DNA of 53,567 nt, counting the filler, from Dirinaria sp. TL-2023a (Eukaryota), in assembly GCA_051941275.1 (NCBI GenBank). It is 3 parts of 3 records of this genome, joined end to end, with 100 filler letters (N's around TTAATTAATTAA, not from the genome) between each part and the next. Parts side by side here need not be neighbours in the genome. Positions count along the whole stretch, not along the records: positions 35,834 to 53,567 come from JAVEBF010000413.1; 2 more parts are not named here. One strand, given 5' to 3'. Positions within the stretch are counted from its first letter, which is position 1. Every line of letters begins with the position of its first letter. The position numbers were made by a program, and so were the translations under genes. This document shows, in pieces, positions 48,997-53,567 of the stretch. The notes below the pieces were generated by a model, which saw only the letters and a program-made list of their open reading frames with translations, was not told the DNA's origin and ran no database searches.

Positions 48997-51900
48997 CTAA
49001 AACAGGCCGTCGATCTCACCGGTTTCGGGATCAACATCCACATTCAAATATCCTGGCGCTGTCGGCAAGCCGGGAATAGTCTGGATATCAGCGGCAAGTG
49101 CATAGCTACCAAAGTCAGCTCAAAATGCCATGGCGTGCAATTAGGGAGCACTTACAGATAACCTGCACCAACCGCAAGGCGAACATCCCGGATTGGTACC
49201 GTAAAGCCTGTTGGCGCGCCTTTGAGTGAAGGGTCGTGGCTCAGCGAATACTGTGTCTTTGCGATGCAAATAGGCAAGTCGCCAAAGCCTTGTTTTTCGT
49301 ACGTATCAACTTTCTTCTGAGCCAGCTCACTGAACTCCACTTTCTCGGCGCCATACATGACTTTGCCAATCCGTTCTATCCGCTCTTGGACTGTGCCATC
49401 CAGATTATAGAGCAATTTGAAGTCCTTCTGCTTCTCACTTGCACTTATAACTCCCTTTGCAAGATCCACAGCACCTTTCCCGCCTTCAGCCCAATGATTT
49501 GCAGGAATCGCATCGGTGGCGCCGGCGGCGAGAGCCTCTTCCCGTACGACGGCAATCTCTGCTTCCGTATCTGTCTCAAACTTGTTGATTGCGACGACAA
49601 CAGGTATGCCATACTCTCTGGCATTTGAAATATGCTTGCGAAGGTTCACACATCCTTTTCGGAGTATTTCCACATTCTCTGTCCTGTAAACTTCAGCTAG
49701 AGCTGCTCCAGGCGCAATCTCGGGCCCGCCGCCATGTACTTTCAGAGCTCTTACGGTAGCGACTACGACAACAACATCCGGAATCAAACCTGAAGAGCGA
49801 CATTTGATGTTGAAAAATCGCTCCCCACCCATTGTGAAGTCAAAGCCAGCTTCGGTCACTACGAAGCCAGCCTTCTCTTTCTGGTCTTCGTCTGCTTCCG
49901 TTCCAGCCAGCTTCAGGGCTAACTTGTCTGCGAGAACAGAGCTGGCGCCAATGCTGATGTTAGCGAACGGCCCAGCGTGAACGAAGACAGGCGTCCCTTC
50001 AAGTGTCTGCATGAGATTTGGCTTGATAGCGTCTTTCATTAGCGCTGCGAGAGCGCCGCCTGCACCAATGTCGTCGCAAGTAACAGGATCACCATTTCGT
50101 GACGTTGCAATAACCATGCGGCCAAGGCGTTCCCTCATATCACCCAAGTCGTTGCTTAGTGCTAAGATTGCCATGCACTCACTGGCTACCGAGATATCAA
50201 ATCCAGTTTCTCTTGAGAGGCCCTTCTCAGTTGGAGCTGTACCAACCGTAATGCCACGCAGATGACGATCATTTACATCCAGTACTCGTCTCCAGGTAAT
50301 GGTTTCGGGATCGATGTCCAGCCTAGCGAATCTATGAATTTCGTCTTCAGTCAGATCATCGGGGTTCGTCTTAGTGATGCCCAGCTTCTTGAGCCTACGG
50401 AACATGATTGGTTGAAATTCACGTTTCCCTTTCTTCATAGGTACCAAACGCCTGAACAATGGGCCGTCTTTCTGTGTAGACTCATGGAACATCCTTGTCT
50501 CAATAGCAGCTGCGAGCAGGTTGTTCGCCGCAGAAATAGCATGGATATCACCTGTTAGATGCAGGTTGAATTCTTCCATGGGTATTACTTGGCTAAAGCC
50601 ACCCCCGGCAGCACCGCCTTTGATGCCAAACGTTGGCCCCTGACTCGGCTGCCGCACGTTGGCGAATGCGATACGCCCAAGATGACCAGCAAGTGCCTGT
50701 GTGAGCCCAACAGTGGTTGTGGATTTACCTTCGCCAAGTGGCGTGGGGGTGATCCCTGTGACAAGAACATAGCGACCGTTCCTACGATGGCCCAGCCGTT
50801 GTAGTAGCGTTAGGTCGACTTTGGCTTTAGTGGCACCGTACGGTTCAAGTTCGTGAGCTGCAATACCTACCTCTTGTGCAACTACTGTGATCAACTTGGG
50901 GTGCTGTGCTCTCGAAACAGCGATATCTGAAGGGACCGGAAATTGCAGCTTCAATGGAAGAGGCTTAATGTGCCTGGCTTTCTGCCTCTCGAAATAAGTG
51001 GTAGCTGAGTCAACAACATTTTGTAACAACATTGCTACCGTCATAGGGCCTACTCCTCCCGGGACTGGGGTTATCTTCGAAGCAACCTCGGCAGCCGAAT
51101 CAAAGTCCACATCTCCAACAAGCCGTTGGCCAGTTTTTTTCGTCTCGTCAGTAATGTAGTTGGTTCCGACATCAATCACTACAGCTCCAGGCTTGAGCCA
51201 ATCTCCCTTCACGAATTGAGGTTTCCCTATGGCTGCGACCAGCACATCCGCTCGTTTGACCTCCTGCTGCAGATTCTCGGTACGAGAGTGGCATACTGTG
51301 ACTGTCGCGTCCGCATTCCTGAGCAGCGAACTGACCGGGCTCCCGACAATATCGCTGCGTCCCAGGACCACTGCAGTTTTCCCCTTCAGCTCTACTCCGC
51401 TTTCTTTCAGGAGAACCATGACACCTTTCGGCGTACAAGGAACGAAAAAAGGGCGTCCCCCGCGCTTGGACAACTCTCCAATATTACTGGCGCCAAAGCC
51501 ATCGACATCTTTCTCATCCGCTACCGCAGAGGTGACTGCGTGCTCGGAAATGTGCTTAGGTACTGGTAATTGGACGAGGATGCCGTGAACTGTAGGATCG
51601 TTATTCAACTTAGTGATGTGCTGCAAAAGTTCTGCTTCTGTAATAGACTCCGGGTATTGCAGGAGATCGCATATGATGTTAGCTTCTTGGGCAGCTTTCA
51701 GCTTCATGCGAACATAGGTGCTCGAATCTGACCGATCCCCGACTTGTATGATCCTCAAGGAGGGCTTGTATCTAGGATTCGACTCCTGCACCTTCTTGAT
51801 ATCGGCATTGATCCTTTCCCGGATGGACTTCGCAATGCTCGTACCGTCAATCTTTGCGGCGGCCATTGCGGAAGGTGTGATTGAAATGCGCCTGCTCAGT

Positions 51901-52136
51901 AAGCGGGTTGTGAACTTCGCGTGCTTCGAGTGCGTGGGTGATGCGTTCTCTAAACGGGGGCGCGGTCGAGAGGAGGTTGGCCGGAACCCAGGATGAAGAT
52001 CCTCGGGGGAATAGCTGGAGCCGAGGAGGCTGTAGGACGAAAGGATTGCAGTTGGTGCAAAGGAACGGGGGTGATGCTTAGTGACGTGGGGAGCACGTGT
52101 AGATCTATTCCGTGGTCGAATAGGACAAGCAAACAT
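48997..52136 (-). CDS. ADE3: Trifunctional C1-tetrahydrofolate synthase; 2 exons
   Basis: YVRMK, KDVDG, TPVPGGVGPMT, TPLGEGKSTT, VHAGPFANI. Intron 49155-49106; ends DGLF*. Conserved core starts at ATG 51866, with an upstream in-frame ATG at 52136. Confidence 0.96.
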
Positions 52137-52538
52137 TATAGCTACTTTACCTTCCTAATGCGCCGTTTAATTCAATGTAATGTCTTGTAGTCTAAGCATA
52201 ACTGCTTCAAAAAGATATGCAGACATTATTTCTTTTTCATAATTTTATCGCGCCTTCCACCGAATTTTTCCATTCCATTTCTCCAATTCTTCCCCAAACT
52301 CAGCCCTAGCCGTTGTGGGTCGAAGGGGTCGGTGGCCGCTATAGCCTATCGGGGGACCGGGATAGGCCGAGGTACGCTAACAATCACCTGGAAACAACCC
52401 CGGAATTAAGGTTTTAAGCCGCCAACAAGCGAGAAACTTTTCTTTCCCACTATTACTTTAATACTGACTCACTGCCCACATACTTCTGACTTGCAATATT
52501 GCACACAGAAAAAAAGAAGAAGAAAAAGAAAAAGAAAA

Positions 52539-53567
52539 ATGAGGCCAATGATACTGCAGGGCCATGTAGGTACTACTTCTCCATCAGGGCAGTCCATGTC
52601 GCTGATATGCTCCTTTTAGGAACGGTCCTTGACGCAGATTAGGTTAGCTTCCACCCTCTGGGCCTGACGTTCACCCACGTCCGCTGACTTGCTTGCTAGA
52701 TACAATAAGGACGGTGACATCTTATTCTCAACCGCGAAAGACCAGGTCATATGCGCCTGGTTTGCAGCGAACGGAGAACGGCTTGGAACATACCACGGCC
52801 ATCAGGGCGCTCTTTGGACGGTCGATGTTGATTCGACAACCACTCTGCTCGCAAGCGGCGCCGCCGACAACACCGCGCGGTTATGGGATGTCCGCACTGG
52901 CAAATGCATCAAGGTCTACGATTTCGATACTGCGGTAAAAAGAGTCGAGTTTTCCGAGGATGGCACAAAGCTCCTCGCAGTGACCGAAAAGCGCATGGGT
53001 TTCCTGGGCACGATTGTTGTTTTGGACATCAAGGTGGACCCCAACGCAGAACAGAGCAGTGAGCGCGCCTTGACGATCACCTGCGACGAGAGCAAAGCGA
53101 CTGTGGCGGGATGGAGCTACCTGTCGAAATATATTATCGCTGGGCATGAGGATGGCAGCGTTTCACAGTACGATGGCAAGGTATGAAGATCCCAATGACA
53201 GCTGGGGTGGAAACGGCTGATGTGGCTAGACTGGCGAACTTCTCTACAACTTCGCGGCGCATGAGGACGGAATGCCGGTCACGGATCTGCAATGGGCGCC
53301 TGATCGAACGTACTTCATTACAGCGTCGAAAGACAAGACCGCGAAAATCATCACTGCCGAATCGCTCGAGCTGCTCAAAACGTACACGACCGATACGCCA
53401 CTGAACACCGCTGCCATCACGCCAAAGAAAGACTTTGTCATCCTGGGCGGTGGCCAGGCTGCCATGGATGTCACCACTACCTCGTCCCGGCAAGGTAAAT
53501 TCGAAGCGCGCTTCTACCATAGGATTTTTGAAGACGAAATTGGCAGAGTGAGAGGCCACTTCGGTCC
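52539..53567 (+). CDS. TIF34: Translation initiation factor eIF3 subunit i (WD40); truncated at the window end
   Basis: [23 protein letters not shown] with introns 52566-52619, 52643-52699 and 53181-53229. Later [11 protein letters not shown] and [12 protein letters not shown]. Confidence 0.96.

Noticed and set aside
1..53567. tRNA, rRNA, snoRNA, riboswitch, CRISPR array or intact transposon
   Set aside because: No cloverleaf, repeat-spacer array, TIR/LTR pair or transposase/RT motif was seen, and isolated RTGATGA words lacked convincing partner boxes. An Rfam or tRNAscan run is needed to exclude small RNAs.

Overview
Gene-dense nuclear DNA from a filamentous ascomycete (Pezizomycotina-type short GT-AG introns with CTRAC-like branch points). 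It comes in three pieces joined by two artificial 100-nt spacers (N44-TTAATTAATTAA-N44). I reconstructed 21 protein-coding gene models by hand, most of them spliced and one cut off by the window end. Housekeeping genes: LARP1-type La/DM15 protein, GPN1/Npa3, Cwf19-like protein, Rbp35/CFIm68-like RRM protein, Sec61 gamma, Rim2-type carrier, Cdt1-like protein, MBF1, NADP-isocitrate dehydrogenase, C1-THF synthase, eIF3i. Others: a Zn2Cys6 transcription factor, a CYP52-clan P450, a D-2-hydroxyacid dehydrogenase, DUF3433-like, Spo73/Mug65-like and DUF1365-like proteins, and four poorly characterised genes. I found no tRNA, rRNA, CRISPR array or intact transposon, and no clearly new biological system. 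The best leads are regulatory: a recurring intergenic TACCTTA/TAAGGTA motif, two adjacent NADP-linked enzymes that each have two in-frame start codons, a CGCG palindrome upstream of cdt1, stop-free introns, and GC-rich gene ends facing the gaps. All family calls come from recognising motifs by eye; no searches were run.
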